NCBI RefSeq assembly: GCF_030144855.1
Contig: NC_082706.1
Span: 14,942,001-15,006,000, forward strand
Length of the DNA: 64,000 nt
From: Hypanus sabinus
Taxonomy: Eukaryota
Reading direction: 5' to 3'
The notes under the pieces: model-generated
Database searches by the model: none
Told to the model about the DNA's origin: nothing
The model's input: the letters and a program-made list of their open reading frames with translations, nothing else
Program-made: the position numbers and the translations under genes
Shown: positions 37,001 through 50,509 of the stretch, piece after piece
Layout of the letters: the number at the start of each line of letters is the position of its first letter
How positions within the stretch are numbered: the stretch's first letter is position 1

Positions 37001-40000
37001 TATTTAGGAGCTATGTTGAACTTCAGTTACATTGGTGTTGCTGTATAAAGATGAGAACTCATTTCCATTCCATTTCAACCCAGTGGTGAGAAGCCAGCCT
37101 TCATGAATGGGAATTGCTACCTTCTCTATGTGTCTTTTACTGGATGGGGAGTATTTCCAATGTTTTAGTAACCTGATGAGATTGCACCTGTGTTTCAGAA
37201 TATTGTTGAGCCAGAACTCTAGGCTGTCAGCTGGGTCTGCTACCATTGATCAGGACCATTTATGTCAGATTGTCATGTTGAAATGGCACTTCTGCTTGCT
37301 CAAAGCTCAAAGTACATTTTACTACCAAGGTATGTATATTTTATACAAGCTTGAGATTTGTCTCCTTAAAGGCAGCCACGAAACAATGAATCCCAATAGA
37401 ACCCATAAAAAACAAAAGGAGACTGTCAAACACCCAGTGTAAACAGAGAGAGGGGAGAAAAACAAATAGTGCAAACAATAAAAGCAAGCAAACAGCATTC
37501 AGAACTGAAGTTCATAACACCAGACATCACTGGAGTCAATCCAGAAGCCCATAAGTTGCAGGCCACAGACACAGTCCAGCACAGAGATGAGCAAACCCAG
37601 TGGAGCAGTGAGCTGAACTGGCCCATCTCTCACCTCCGACCCTGACACTCTGACAATTTCAATCTGGCCCAGTACTTAAATTGTCCAAATCTCAGGTTGT
37701 TCCTCACCCTCGGGCTCTGGCTCCACCACCTTGAGTCAGCCAGTACCCAATCTTCCCAATCTGGCTCAGCTCTTAATCAATCAGACATCCAATCTTTCTT
37801 CACCTCACCTCAGCTGCATCAAATTACCCTGTGAGGTTTGATGTGCTAGGAACCTGGTGCTCCATGTCTTTAGTTGGCTGAATACCACCGACAAGGATCC
37901 ACTAATGCTTGTTTGGTGGCAGGTAATTAGAGGGACTGGCTAGCTCTAGTGTTATGTGGAGCTGAGTGCTTAACATGTTGTTGGAGCCAAGGCTTTACCT
38001 CAAGGGCAGCATGGTACTGTAGCGGTTAGAGTATTGCCAGTGACACAGGTTCAATTCTGCCACTGTCTTTAAGGAGTTTGTACATTCTCCCCATGACCAT
38101 GTGGGTTTCCTCCCACAGTCCAAAGATGTACAGGTTAGTAAGTTGCTATGTTGGCACTGGAAGCATGGTGACAGTTGCGGGCAGCACTGAACACATCCTT
38201 GGACTGTGTTGGTTCACACAAATGACACAATTCATTGTATCGATGTTTTGATGTACATATGGCAACTAAAGCTAGTATTTCCTGTTCAAAAGCCCAAGGA
38301 TATCAAAAGTTCAGTACCTGTACATCGTAGGGGGCTTGTATTTGGAGATTTGGACCGGAACATTATAAACACATCGATATCACCCAAACTCTGATCCAAT
38401 GAGTCATGCCAATGGAAAAAGAGCTGAAGGTGATTAGATTTTATATTTACACATGCACAAAGTGCACATTCAACTGAAGAACTGGAGCATCGGATCAATG
38501 AAAACTCTGAAAGGGGTCATGTATCCAACAATAAACAGCCACAAATTATAGTGTGTATGGCTAAAAAGGCAATGTGCCTCATTCCACTCCAAAACACCAA
38601 AAAACAAGAATACTAGTTGACACCATAGTGTTCTGCTGAGCAAGTGTTTAAAGTTATCATCTTCAAGAGGCAATGTTAAACCCGGGGCCAGTCTGTCCTT
38701 CCAGATGGCACTGTTATTTTTAAGGGGACTTATTTCTATTATAGTCAGTTACTTGCATTGAGATAAGTATTCATGTTAAAAGATGACATATAAATGCAAA
38801 TTATGTGCTTAGAGTTTTAGGTACTAATAAGAACAACAGTTTGTTGGTATCATGTGCACGTTTTGTGATTGTTTTGCATGCAGTTTAAAAGTAAAATTTA
38901 AACGTTGTTAGTGATTTAGTTGTTTTAAGTGCTTTTAAAATATATCAGCTTATATTAGTTGAGTACAAAGTAAATTTTATTATCAGGGAACAAATACATC
39001 ACTACATACAACCTTGGGATTCATTTTCCTGCGGGCATACTCAGCAAATCGATAGAATGGTAACTCTGACAGGATCAATGAAAAAGATCATCTATAGTGC
39101 AGAAGGCAGCAAACCGCAAATGCAAATATAATTAAATAGTGAGAACATGAAATAACAAGATAAAAGAGTCCTTGCAGTGAGATCATTGGTTGTGGGAACA
39201 TCTCAATAGATGGGCAAATGCAGAGTTTACCCCTTTGTTCAAAGAGTGTAATGATTGAGGGGTAGTAACTGTTCTTGAACCAGGTGGTGTGAGTCCTGGG
39301 GCTCTTGTACCTTCTACCTGATGGCAGCAGCGAGAAAAGAGCACGGCCTTGGTGATGTGGATCTCTGATGATGTATGCTGCTTTCCTACAACAGTGTTTC
39401 AATACTTATTCTGCACGTGGTATATTCTCTTATATGACTAACATGACCTTTCTTTACCCTGTTATTCTATTCAATTCCCCTTTTCTTCTTTTCTCTCCAC
39501 CCCTAATCTTTTCACAAGGTTCTACTCCAATCTCCTCTCCTACCTACCCCTGTCCACCACCTTCTACAGTCCCCATCCCCTCTAACCCCTTCTCCCTCTT
39601 ATTTCCTCCACTTTACAACTCTTTTCTTTCCCCTGATACTTTCGTCCCTGTTTCTTTCGCAAGCGGCTACCCCATCAGCGGAAAATGTACACTTTTTAAC
39701 CTGAGAGATGGACATCTTCAATGAGTGATGCCTCAAGAAGTCAGCAACCTTCATTAAGAACCCCCATCACCCAGGATATTCTCATTGCTGCCATCATGAC
39801 GGCACACTCTCAACAATTCAGGAACAGCTTCTTCCCCTCTGCCATCTGATTTCTGAATGGACATTACAACCAATGAATACTACCTAACTACGTTTTTAAA
39901 ATTTATATTCCTGGAGATAGATGCATTTACTGTAATTCAGTTTTACCCGTTATTATGTATCGCATTGTACTGCTGCCGCAAAAACAACCAATTTCACGAT

Positions 40001-40079
40001 ATATGCAGGTGATATTAAACCTGAATCTAACTGTGAAAGCCTTTAATTTGCTCAATACCAGCGTACATCCCTCGGCCAA

Positions 40080-40397
40080 AGACCCTCACCGTCGCCATTT
40101 TGCGATGCCAATTTTAGTGCGGGCGCACATCGGGCCGGCGTGGGAGGATCCTCGTCAGTCCGCTTCTCCGATTAGCTGCGCTCCACATGATGGGCAGGGA
40201 ACTCTGGGTCTCCATTGGCCGGCGGGGCCATATATATGTGTGTGAATGTCCGATGAGGGACGGGCTGGCCGGAGGGTGGGTGTTTCCGGCCGACCCCCGA
40301 CGACGAATTTCCAGCCTTCTGATACCCCCACCCCCCCCAAAAAAAACCATCTTTCCCCCTCAGCCTGCCCCGGGTTCGGGTTTTGTTTCTCGCCGCC
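40080..40397 (+). promoter_or_regulatory. CpG-rich promoter/5' UTR of the Myb/SANT gene
   Basis: Dense CpG; YY1-like CGCCATTTT near 40093; ATTGG then TATATA near 40214-40237; GCCGCC before the ATG. Confidence 0.6.
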
Positions 40398-40628
40398 ATG
40401 TCGGAGCCTCGGACCCCGCGCTTCAGCGATAGAGCAGTGCAGGTTCTGCTGGAGCAGGTGAGGGCTCGCAGGGAGATATTTTTCCCCTCCGAGGGCAGGA
40501 GTGTGCCCAGGGAGAAGGTGCACCAGGCCTGGATGGAGGTGGCACACTGGGTTAATGCCAAGAGTGAGGTGCCAAAGACTTGGCTGCAGTGCCGCAAGAA
40601 GTTCAATGGCCTGACCTGGACTGCGAAG
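40398..40628 (+). CDS. Myb/SANT-like DNA-binding protein (MSANTD/NAIF1-type, Harbinger-derived), exon 1
   Basis: MSEPRTPRFSDRAVQVLLEQV...AWMEVAHWVNA...KTWLQCRKKFNGL; gccgccATG; donor AAG|gtaagc; phase 0. Confidence 0.88.
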
Positions 40629-42165
40629 GTAAGCATGGTGGCAGCAGGAGTTCACCCCCAGCCACTCTGCTCCAACCAGTCATCAGTCCTTGTGCTGGCA
40701 GGTTTCAGAATCAGGTTCATTATCACTGTCTCTCTCATGATGTGAAGTCTGTTCTGCGGCTGCAGGGCAGTTCAAAGTCATAACATCATTATACATTGCA
40801 AAATAATGCAACGGAAAGACTAATGAGGTCTGTTCTTGGGTTCATAGCTATCAGAGGGGGAAAGAACTGTTCCTGAATCATTGTCTGGCAGGCTTCTGTA
40901 CCTCCTGCCTAATGTTAGTAACAAAACATGGCACAGCTCACAATACAAGGACAACCCTTTGGATCAGAGATGAGAAGGAATTTCTTTAGCCAGAGGCTGG
41001 TGAATCTGTGGAATTCATTACCCCAGATGGCTGTGGAGGTCATGTCATTGAGTATATTTAAAGTGGAGGTTCTTGGTGTCAAAGGTTACAGAAAGAAGGC
41101 AGGAGAATGGAGTAGAGATAATAACAACTCAGACATGGTGGAGAAGATTCAATGGGCTGAATAACCTAATTCTGTTCTTGTGTCTTGTGGTCTTAAGAAA
41201 TCAGATAGCAGAGGGGAAGAAGCTGTTCCTGAATCATTGATGGTCTTCAGACTTCTGTATCTCCTCACCAATAAGAAGAGGGTACAATAAAACTGATTTC
41301 TCATGTATCATGATGAAGGCATGTGTTCACATCAGAAATGGCTGTGGTCCATATGCTTCCCCCTTACCCCCCCCCCAAACAACAGAAGTGTTCAGGCATA
41401 CTCCATTATTTTAGCCTGCCCTTAGCCCACTGAACTTGCTTCTTCCTGCAGGTCATGTCTGCGGCGGTGGGGGGGGGTTGGAAATGATCCCTGGAGGCAT
41501 GACAAGCAATCTGTTGGAGGAACTCGATGGGCTGAGCAGCATGTGTGGGAGAAAAGAAATTGTTGAAGCTTCAGGTCAAAAACCTGCATCAGGAGCAGGA
41601 ATTGCCAACGTTTCGGGCTGAAACTGGCTGCAGGGTGAGTTCGGATGCAGGGTTTCAAACAGGAATATCGACAGTTTCTTTACCTCATACTGACTGCTTG
41701 GCCAAGCAGAGTTCCACCAGTCGGTTGTTTATTGTTCCAGACATCGTCATCGGTCATCTCTGATGTCACTCGTCTGGAGGAAGGGCCCTTCCTTACAATC
41801 TGAAAAGCCACCGTTATGGTTATCAGAATCAGTTTTAATATTATTGCCTTTAGCCCATTCTGTAGAAATTTTCAAGTGTCTGTTGACATGTTAAATCTTC
41901 TCAGATCTGTATTTTGAATTCTCTGGCTAAATTTTGTGTCCACTCCATGATTTTTGCATTGGCTTTGCTTTCCTTGTAAGTCTGCTCTGAAGCAGCACAT
42001 TAAATGTAATCTGCTTTTGGATGGAATCAAAGTTACAGCACTTTAGGAGGTGATTCAGGCAAACATCTCTGCACTGATTTTCCACCAAAGCATTTCATTA
42101 GTTCCAGTCTAACCGATTCCTTTCCATTCTCTAGCCTTGCAAAATTTCATTGCTATATACACTCA

Positions 42166-43085
42166 GGCTACGTCCACACTAGACCGGATAAATCCGTACC
42201 CAAAGCTTTTTCTCTTCGTTTTGACCCTCTGTCCACACTGATATGGTGATCTCCTCCCCTAAAAATGGAGCTTTTCTAAAACGCCCTCCAGAGTGTGTAA
42301 ATTTGAAAATGGCAATTGGGCAAAGCAGTGTAGACGGGGTAACCGGAGAGTTTGTAAAACGCTGTCATGACGTGCCAGAACAGATAATGGCGGCAGCACA
42401 GCATTCCATTGTTTTCTTGAACACAACCCCCACACAAACAAACAATTTCAGAACAGATGGCAACGAGACTGAAGCCAGAGAAGTTAGAAATGTGATCACC
42501 AAATACTTTGACCATAACTTACTGAATAAATCTCACTTTGCCCTATTTTCTGTCCTTGCTTGTATGAAGGTGGTTTACCTATTTATGCAAGTACTTCTCT
42601 GACAATAGATGTGTAACAGCCTACTGTAATATTGTATGGAAATACAAGATAACACTCATGCAGACATGTTTTATACATTTAACAAGGTGCTTCGTTAATG
42701 CAACAGTTAGTCAGTTTTTCGATGTTCATCCTCAGCCGGGTCAATCTGTCTGTGAACTCCCTGTTGGTTGCTTCCATATGCTCCAGTATTTTTTTGTTTT
42801 AAGTCCTTCTGTGCGAGAGCCAACAGCTGTCCATCATTTGGCAACTTCCTTTTGAGTTTTTCTAGTCTAACTGCAAAAACGCGCACTTTCACAGCGAGAT
42901 TCGACACCAAACATGTCACTTGTTTTCTGTAGATGAGTCTTGCACATGCCCAGTAGGAGGAGATTCACCCAAATACCTGTTTTAATGTGGACAGAGGTAT
43001 TTTCAAAAACGCTTGGTGTGGATGCCTATCATTTTCACGTGAAACCAGCGCTTTCAAAATTATCCAGTCTAGAATGGACGTAGCC
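42166..43085. mobile_element. Non-autonomous PIF/Harbinger element, 3-bp TSD TCA
   Basis: TIRs GGCTACGTCCACACTAGACCGGATAA / TTATCCAGTCTAGAATGGACGTAGCC; TCA at 42163-65 and 43086-88. Confidence 0.82.
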
Positions 43086-43516
43086 TCAGTGGCCACTTCA
43101 TTAGATACAGGGGTGGAACCCGCTATGGTCTTTTGTTGCTGTAGTCCATCCACTTCAAGGTTCGACATGTTGTGCATTCAGAGATGCTTTTCTGCACAGA
43201 GATGCTCTTCTCTCGTGATTATTTGAGTCAGTTTGCTTCCTGTCACTTTGAACCAATCTGGCTATTCTCCTCTGACCTCTGGTTAACAAGATGCTTTCAC
43301 CCACAGAACTGCCGCTCACTGGATTTTTGTTTTTCTTTATTGCACCATTCTCTGTAAACGTTAGAGACTGTCGTGCATGAAAATCCCAGGGGGGCATCAA
43401 CAGTTTTAGATACTCAAACCTCTTCGTCTGATACCAACAATCATTCCACCATTAGTCACTTGGATCAGATTTACTCCCCATTCTGATGTTTGGCAGGAAC
43501 AGGAAATGAACCTCTC

Positions 43517-43956
43517 CTTCTGAGGTTTTATGGCGGTTGACAAACAGCTCTTATGGTGCATTACCACCACCTTCTGAACTGGAATATGGGTCAGGATATC
43601 TAAATGTTAAATGTATATATATCTATCAAATTCTATAAAAAAGACCTGTATTCTTAAGGAACTGTGCTATATATATTTAAAGCAATAATCCTGCGAACCT
43701 TTCTGCAAAATATTTTTAATGTTAAGTTGTGTTTTATAATGTGATAACTTTGAAATCAACCATCCTCTCCCTTGACTATATCTTGGGCACCTCACCAGAA
43801 TATGCTCAACTGTATCTTGTTGATTACAATACTCATTACTGTATTTCCTCATTAAGAACAATATTATTTAACCCTGTGTGCCCAAACCTCAATCTCACCA
43901 TCTCCCTCCTGCATTCCTTGACCATCCCACTTCCTTCCAGATATTATAGAGATAAC
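43517..43956 (-). mobile_element. I/Nimb-clade LINE 3' end
   Basis: CNQQDTVEHILVRCPRY CCHC-type motif; 3' end GGTGGTGGTAATGCACC...AAACCTCAGAAG; imperfect flanking duplication tgaacctct/tgaatctct. Confidence 0.6.
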
Positions 43957-46557
43957 TGAATCTCTTGACCATGTCTGCATGCTTTTATGCATTGAGTTGC
44001 TGCCACTTGATTTGCTGATTAGATATTTGCATTAATGAGCAGGTGTACCCAATAAAGTTGGCACTGAGTATATTTATTTAATTCCTTCCTTCCTTGAAGG
44101 CCAGAACAGAATCTCCTTCCACCACATCTGCAGACAGTACATTTCAGATTGCAGCCACATGCTGATTTTTTTAAGGTTTTCTTTGTGTCACTCTTAATTC
44201 TCTTTCCCTTAATGTTTCACCTGTGACCTTTAATCCTCAGCACTCTCCAGTGGGACCAGCTGCTTGCTATCCACTGTGCAAACCCCTCATCATGTTATAC
44301 ATTTCTGTCAGCCTTCTGTAAAGAAAAAGTTTTGACTTTTCAAATCTTCCAGCATCTTTGCTGGAGAAAAACATCCCAGGAAGGATATCAAACAAAGTCT
44401 TTCTGTGAACAGTAAGAGCAATTAAATCAGTTTACTATTAGATAGGGTTTAAGGAGCTTCTTAAGAGAGAAGTGAAAAAGCTAGACATGCTTGAAAGCAT
44501 AATCATGGTATTTTGACCTTGGTATGTGAATGTAATAGAGTAGATGTGGAGAAGGTGTTTCCTATGGTGGGAGTGTCTAGGACACAGCTTCAGAGTAGAG
44601 GGGTGTCCTTTTAAAGTGGAGATGAGGAAGAATTTCTTTAGCCAGACAGTGGTGGGTGAATCTGTGGAATTCATTGCCACAGGTGGCGGTGGGGGCCAAG
44701 CTTTTGGGTATATTTCAGACAGAGGTTGATAAATTCTTGATTAGTCAGGGCATGAAGAGTTATGGGGAGAAGGCTGGAGATTGGGGCTGAGAGGGAAAAT
44801 GGATCAGCCAATGATGAAATGGTGGAGCAGAATCAATGGACCAAATAGTCGCATTCTGCTCCTATGTCTTATGGTCTTGTGGTGAACCGGGTGGAGTGAT
44901 TAAATTCAGTAATTCTCAAGTAGTGGGCACCTTGGTGAGCATGGACAAGTAGGACTGAATGACGTCCCTCCCATCTGCATGACTCTTAAGAGGACAGTAT
45001 TAGACAAGTGCAGATAGTGTAGAGGTTGTAGCATGGGGAGTGGGGTGAAAACCATGAAGCGTATGAAAATAAAGATGAGAATTTTTAAACTGGGATTTTG
45101 CTAACCCAGCAGTCACTGTGAATCACTGTGCATAATGTGTAACTGGATCTCATGCAGCATGGGTTAAGGGTAAGATAAGGTGAGCTTTATTTGTCACACT
45201 ATATCAAAACACAGTGAAAGGCATCATTTTGCATCAACAATCAATGTCGTCCAAGGATTAAGCTGGGGGACACAAGTGTCCCCATGCTTCCAGTGCCAAC
45301 TCATTAACCCTATTATCAACCGTACCTGTTTGGAATATGGGGGGAGCCAGACCACCCAGAAGAAGCACACACGGTCACAGGGAGCATGTGCAAATGCCTT
45401 ACAGACAGCAGCAGGATTGAATCAGTGGTCCCTGGCACTACAAGGTGATGTGCTAACTGCTGCACTACTGTACTGCCCTGCCCTTTCAGAAGTTGGTGTG
45501 GAAGGGGTGGCACATCTATACAGGTAAAACTGTTGACTGATAATCTGTTGCAAAATGGGTTCATTCCTAATCTCTAGCGCTGTCTGTATGGAGCTTCCAT
45601 GTTCTCCTCTGATCGGTCTCCTGTGTGCTCTAGTTTGCTTCCAGATGGCCAGTGGTTTACTAATTGGTTATATTATTCCTAATGTAGGTAGGTGTATGGG
45701 ATAATTAGGAGTTATTGAGCAGAGCTGGTGGGTGTGTGAGAGAGTTGCAAGGAAATGTGGGGGAATGGGGTTGATGGGACTGCACTGGCAGCCAGCAGAG
45801 GGTAATGGGCCAAATTGTTTCAATGTTGCAAAGAAGTATGGAAAATGCTGGAAACACTCGGCAAGTCGGAGCTTGTGTGGAATGGGTAACAGAGAAAGGT
45901 ACAAATCTAAACCTGAGATTCTGCAGATGATGACAATCTAGAGCAACACTTACAAAATGCTGGAGGAACTCAGTAAATCAAGCAGCATCTATTGATGAGG
46001 AACAAACAGTCGCCATTTCGGGTGAGACCCATTATGAGGACTGGAAAGGAAGGAGACAGGCCAGAATAAGGTGGGGGGAGGGGAAGGAGTACAAGCTGGC
46101 AGGTGCTAGGTGAGATCATCTGAGGGGGGGGGCTGAAGTAAGGAGCAAAATGGTGATAGGGAGAAGAGGTAAAGGGCTGAAGAATGAATCTGATAGGAGA
46201 GAAGGGTGGATCATGGGAGAAGGAGAAAGGGCACCAGAGGGCATGTGAAAAAAAAAGGAGAGTCAGAACAGGGAATGGACAAGGAGAGAAGGGGGGTGGA
46301 AATTACTGAAAGTTAGAGAAATCAATCTTCATGCCATCAGGTTGGAGGCTATCCATATGGAATCTGAGGTGATGCACCACCAACCTGAGTATGGACTGAT
46401 CGTGGCACTCGAGGAGGTCATGAACAGACATATTGAAATGGGTGGCCACCTGGAGACCCTTCCTTTTGTGGTGGACAGAGAAGATGCTCAAAAGACAGTC
46501 TTTTGATTATCATCAGGTCTCACCAATGTAGAGGAAGCAACACTAGATACAGTAGAC

Positions 46558-47625
46558 CAGTGATGCTCAATGTAGGCCATAAGGTCTCCTGGGGGCTATG
46601 CCAGGTTTTGTCGTGGCCAAGTTTAAAAAAAAAACAAGAAGCTGGGAGCCACAGAAGTTTCTGAATAGGCCATGATAAGTTTACAGTTTTAATGAAATAT
46701 TACTAAAATATATACATAAAAAAGAAATGAGTATATGTAATTGGATGAAATGGATGGTAAGATGTGCTAGATGCTGCAAATGAGGCATTAAAATAGCTTA
46801 GTTGTGTTTGGGGGTTGGTGGCGTATCAATCTCTCTCCTGCTTGACCACGCACAAATCACAATTCACAGCCTGCAGGGCGGCCTGCTGAGCCCTGTTGCA
46901 CATCCACAAACTGCAGATCTGCTCTGTGCCCCAGTGAGTGAGTGAGTATATAATAAGAGGCCAGTTCTGTTTGCCTTCCACTGACCTGTGCATGTTATAT
47001 TACTTACAAAACATGACATGAAGGCTGCAGTTACTGCAGTGGGTCATCTGCCAGAAATGGTTAAACTGCAGAGAGGTGAGACTTCAAACATTCTACCACT
47101 GCATCACTAGTGACCACTACAACTATTAAATCCCTGTTACTTGTTATTTTGAAAGGAAGTTCAAATCACTCTTCTTGGTTAGTGCATGCTCCTTATTGCT
47201 ACATAGGACTTGAATATATAATATAATTTTTTTAAAAGCCCAATAAATAAATTATTTTTAAAAAGTATTACTTTAAAAGCTGGTTTTATTTTTACATGTA
47301 TATTCAATACTGATACTTTTTCACGTGGGATTACACTTATAATAATTCTTTGACTTTTACTAGTTTTCTATAGAGCCTACTCACACGAAACTACCTAGTT
47401 TGGTGTCATGGTTGTTGCTGCTATGTGTCAGTGGTCGCATAACCAGGACTTGTGATGTGCACCAGCTGCCCATACGACCATCCACCACCTGCTCCCATGG
47501 CTTCACGTGACCCTGATCGAGGATCTAAGCAGATGCTACACCTTGCCCGAGGGTGACCTGCAGGCTAATGGAGGGAAGGAGTGCTCATGCCTCCTCTGGT
47601 AGAGACATATCTCCACTCTGGCTAG

Positions 47626-47692
<67 letters not shown>

Positions 47693-48321
47693 TATATGTG
47701 AATGATGTCACTACATTGAAAGAATGTCTTATTGAGCTGCAGAGTGATAAAACAGCTCAAGCAAAATTGAAACACAGCAAGCAACATTTTTGAATATCTA
47801 CTGTTTCCACAGCTTTGCGAGAAAGCTAAGTTTTTAATTGGATTTCCCACCTCTCATCTAGTTGAGTGTGGTTTTAGTTAAGCTCTTCAACTGCTTTCAA
47901 AAGCTTGTAACCGTCTTGATGTTGTGAAAAGAAGTGATCTTTGATTACCTCTAACCAAGTTCCAGCCAGATATTCATAAACTCACTAGTTTTCATCTGTG
48001 TCAAGGATCTTACTAAATACCCAAAGTAACAATATTAAGTGCTTTTTCATTGCTGGTTATAGTTTCATTATATATTATAAATAAACTATCGTATTTAGAA
48101 CTTTGAAATAGTTTTATTTATCATACACACCACCAACATTATATTTAACATATAATAATACCGATAACCTGTTAAGACATAAATATTAACTGTATATTGG
48201 AATAAATAGTATAGTTGACAAAAAATGCCTTAGCAACTAATGGAGACATTGGAGGGTGGGGGCCTCCAGAGGTAAATGATAGTCTCAAGTGGGCCATGAG
48301 CAGAAAAGCTGAGAAGCACTG
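46558..48321 (+). mobile_element. hAT/Charlie-type element remnant with 8-bp TSD
   Basis: CAGTAGAC at 46550-57 and 48322-29; TIRs CAGTGATGCTCA / TGAGAAGCACTG; dimerisation-domain remnant FPTSHLVECGFS...NRLDVVKRSDL...PDIHKL at about 47800-48016. Confidence 0.85.
47628..47694. repeat. (TA)n(CA)n compound microsatellite
   Basis: Direct reading. Confidence 0.95.
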
Positions 48322-48858
48322 CAGTAGACGACCCTGACAGATTCGCAGGTGAAGTGTTGCCTCACCTGGAAGGACTGTTTGGAACCTTGAGTTGTGGTGA
48401 GGAAGGAGGTGTAGGGATCAAGGTAGTTTGGTTGATCTCAAATTTATAAACTGTCAGCAAGGTAGCTATTTACACAGGTAAGCCTAAAGGTGAGGACGCT
48501 TGAAGGAAAGCCCTCAGAATTAGATGTGAGCAGTGATTAAAATCTTGAAAACTTTTCACATCTCCTCACGTAGAAGAAAAGTAATATAGTCACTCATATT
48601 TTTGTGGAGGCATATGTTTTATGCAAGTTGGCCACACCATTTCCTACATTACAGCAGTGACTCTACTTCAGAAATAATGCTAAGGGCAGTAAATAAATTG
48701 AAGCCCTTTGTTTTCTACGCAAAACCAATAAACATGGCTGTTAACTGGCTACATCCCCTGCCCCCTGCATTCAGCTGGTTCGCACGTCTCTGTGATGCGT
48801 TAGCATGTAACATTGCATTAACAATGAAGCATGTGACTCACTCTCACTTTTTCTGCAG

Positions 48859-49018
48859 GAGAAGTTGGCCCACAAAACAAGGAAAAGAACCAGTTGCGGG
48901 GAACGGCCCGCATCCATTCTAGATCTCACCCAGATGGAGCAGGAAGCCCTGGACATCATTGGGCCCAACAGCAGGAGAAACCTTGAGAATGGCAAGGCTG
49001 GAGGCCAAGTACCACAGG
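48859..49018 (+). CDS. Myb/SANT-like gene, exon 2 (EKLAHKTRKRTSCGERPASILDLTQMEQEALDIIG...)
   Basis: Acceptor ctttttctgcag, phase 0; donor G|gtgcat, phase 1; typical post-SANT LTxxExxALxIIG segment. Confidence 0.85.
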
Positions 49019-49148
49019 GTGCATTCCTATTTCTCTTTCCTGCTCTTTTCAGTCATCACACTGACCGAGTAATCACTGTAGAGAAGTTCATGTGCTGTTC
49101 TTACTTCACCATCCTAGGACTCACCAATCTTGTCTCCCTCTTTTTCAG

Positions 49149-49993
49149 ATCTGACTCATTACCTAGGCTTTATCGGACAGGAGATGGAGGAGGAGCATTT
49201 CACAGAAGATGCACAGTCACCAGCCCCATCTTTCCACTACATCAGCACTGACCTAAACATCTCCAGTGGAATGGACGATCAGCTAAATGGATCTTCACAT
49301 AATGAATTATTCAGTAGTAATGAACAGGAGCTGAACATAGTGGAAAGGACCGTCCAGGAGACCGATGACTCCAGGGCAACCTCTGGTCCTAGCTGTATCG
49401 AAGAGGACAAAGATGCAGATCTCACAGGCCCAGCTTTTAGAAGAAAGATTTTCCACGAGCATCATCAGTTGCTCCAAGCTTTGGACAAACTGCCAAAGAG
49501 CTGCCTCACGCTGTCTGAGAGTGTAGAAGAGTCTGCATCCATTTTTTGTGGGGTTGTGGCTCAAGGTATTACCACCCTGCAGTCTACCATGGAGCGCGTT
49601 GCCAACTCTGTCGATGCAGCCATGAAGCCCTCTGTCCATGAGCCTGTGGCACCTACTTTGGCGTCATTGATTGAGGCTCAAACTAGTGCTATTCAGGCTC
49701 TGGCATGCACCATTTCCACTAGTTTGGAAAGGTTGGGTGGGCGTATTGATAGGGGGTTCGGTCACATCTCAGACCTTCTGCAGTCTGCTCTGCCACAACT
49801 CAATGGCGGCATTGAGTCACAGCCCCACATGAGTGGGCCTGCTGGAGTGTCTCTTGCTAGCCTCTCTCGGGGTAACAGCACGTATGATCCTTCACCATCT
49901 TCTGAAGCCCCATCTCCTCCAGAAGCACCACTGAATCTGCAGGTGGCGGTCAGATCCCCTCGAGGTCGAGCACTTCGAGGCAGGCGTCCTTGA
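49149..49993 (+). CDS. Myb/SANT-like gene, exon 3 (acidic linker, helical/coiled region, basic tail); whole protein 411 aa
   Basis: Acceptor ctctttttcag in phase 1 with ORF 49130-49993; AATAAA near 50138. Confidence 0.85.
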
Positions 49994-50509
49994 GCATCCT
50001 TCAGACACTGACTGGGTTACACTAACTGCCAGTTCACTGAACTGAAGCCACGAGGGATTCACAACTAGAATAGCAAACGATGACTTCATAAAGGTACTAC
50101 AAGATGGTATCTGGAAGACTGCTGCTAATCGCATAAGCAATAAAATATTACTTTGTTTGCAAATCTAATTGATGGTTTGTAACCATGCTGCTGTAATGTC
50201 AACTGTTGGGGACATCTGTGTTAGTCAGTGGTTGGAGGTATCGCTGGATGACTGAAGACTTGAACATGGGCACGAGCTAAGTAGACTACTATTCAGGTAT
50301 GAAAGACCAGGAAATGTGGTACACAGTAGCTTTTTTAAAAATAAATCTGTTTAACTTTCAGGCAAAACTTTTATCAGAAGTTGGCACAAAGAGAAGTAAA
50401 AGGAATAGGCCATTCTGGCCTTTTGAAACTGTTCCACCATTCAACATGATCAGTCCCTGAAGCAAGAGTTCCCAAAATTTTTTATGCCTTGGACCCCTTG
50501 CTATATTGG

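Larger units (their letters stand above)
42160..44070 (-). mobile_element. Tc1-like non-autonomous element interrupted by two younger insertions
   Basis: TIR CACTCA|GTGGCCACTT split by the Harbinger; other end AATAAAGTTGGCACTGAGT; body homologous to 5113-5651. Confidence 0.8.
45945..48420 (-). mobile_element. Penelope-like element fragment split by a hAT insertion
   Basis: LQPDGMKIDFSNF ORF; sequence resumes after 48329. Confidence 0.65.

Noticed and set aside
38290-38700. Unique-looking, protein-like stretch (STEELEHRINENSERG...QPQIIVC)
   Set aside because: Stops in all frames, no convincing splice pair, no family I can name
40155-40655. Antisense ORFs of 154-166 aa over the Myb/SANT exon 1
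   Set aside because: Expected shadow ORFs of GC-rich sequence
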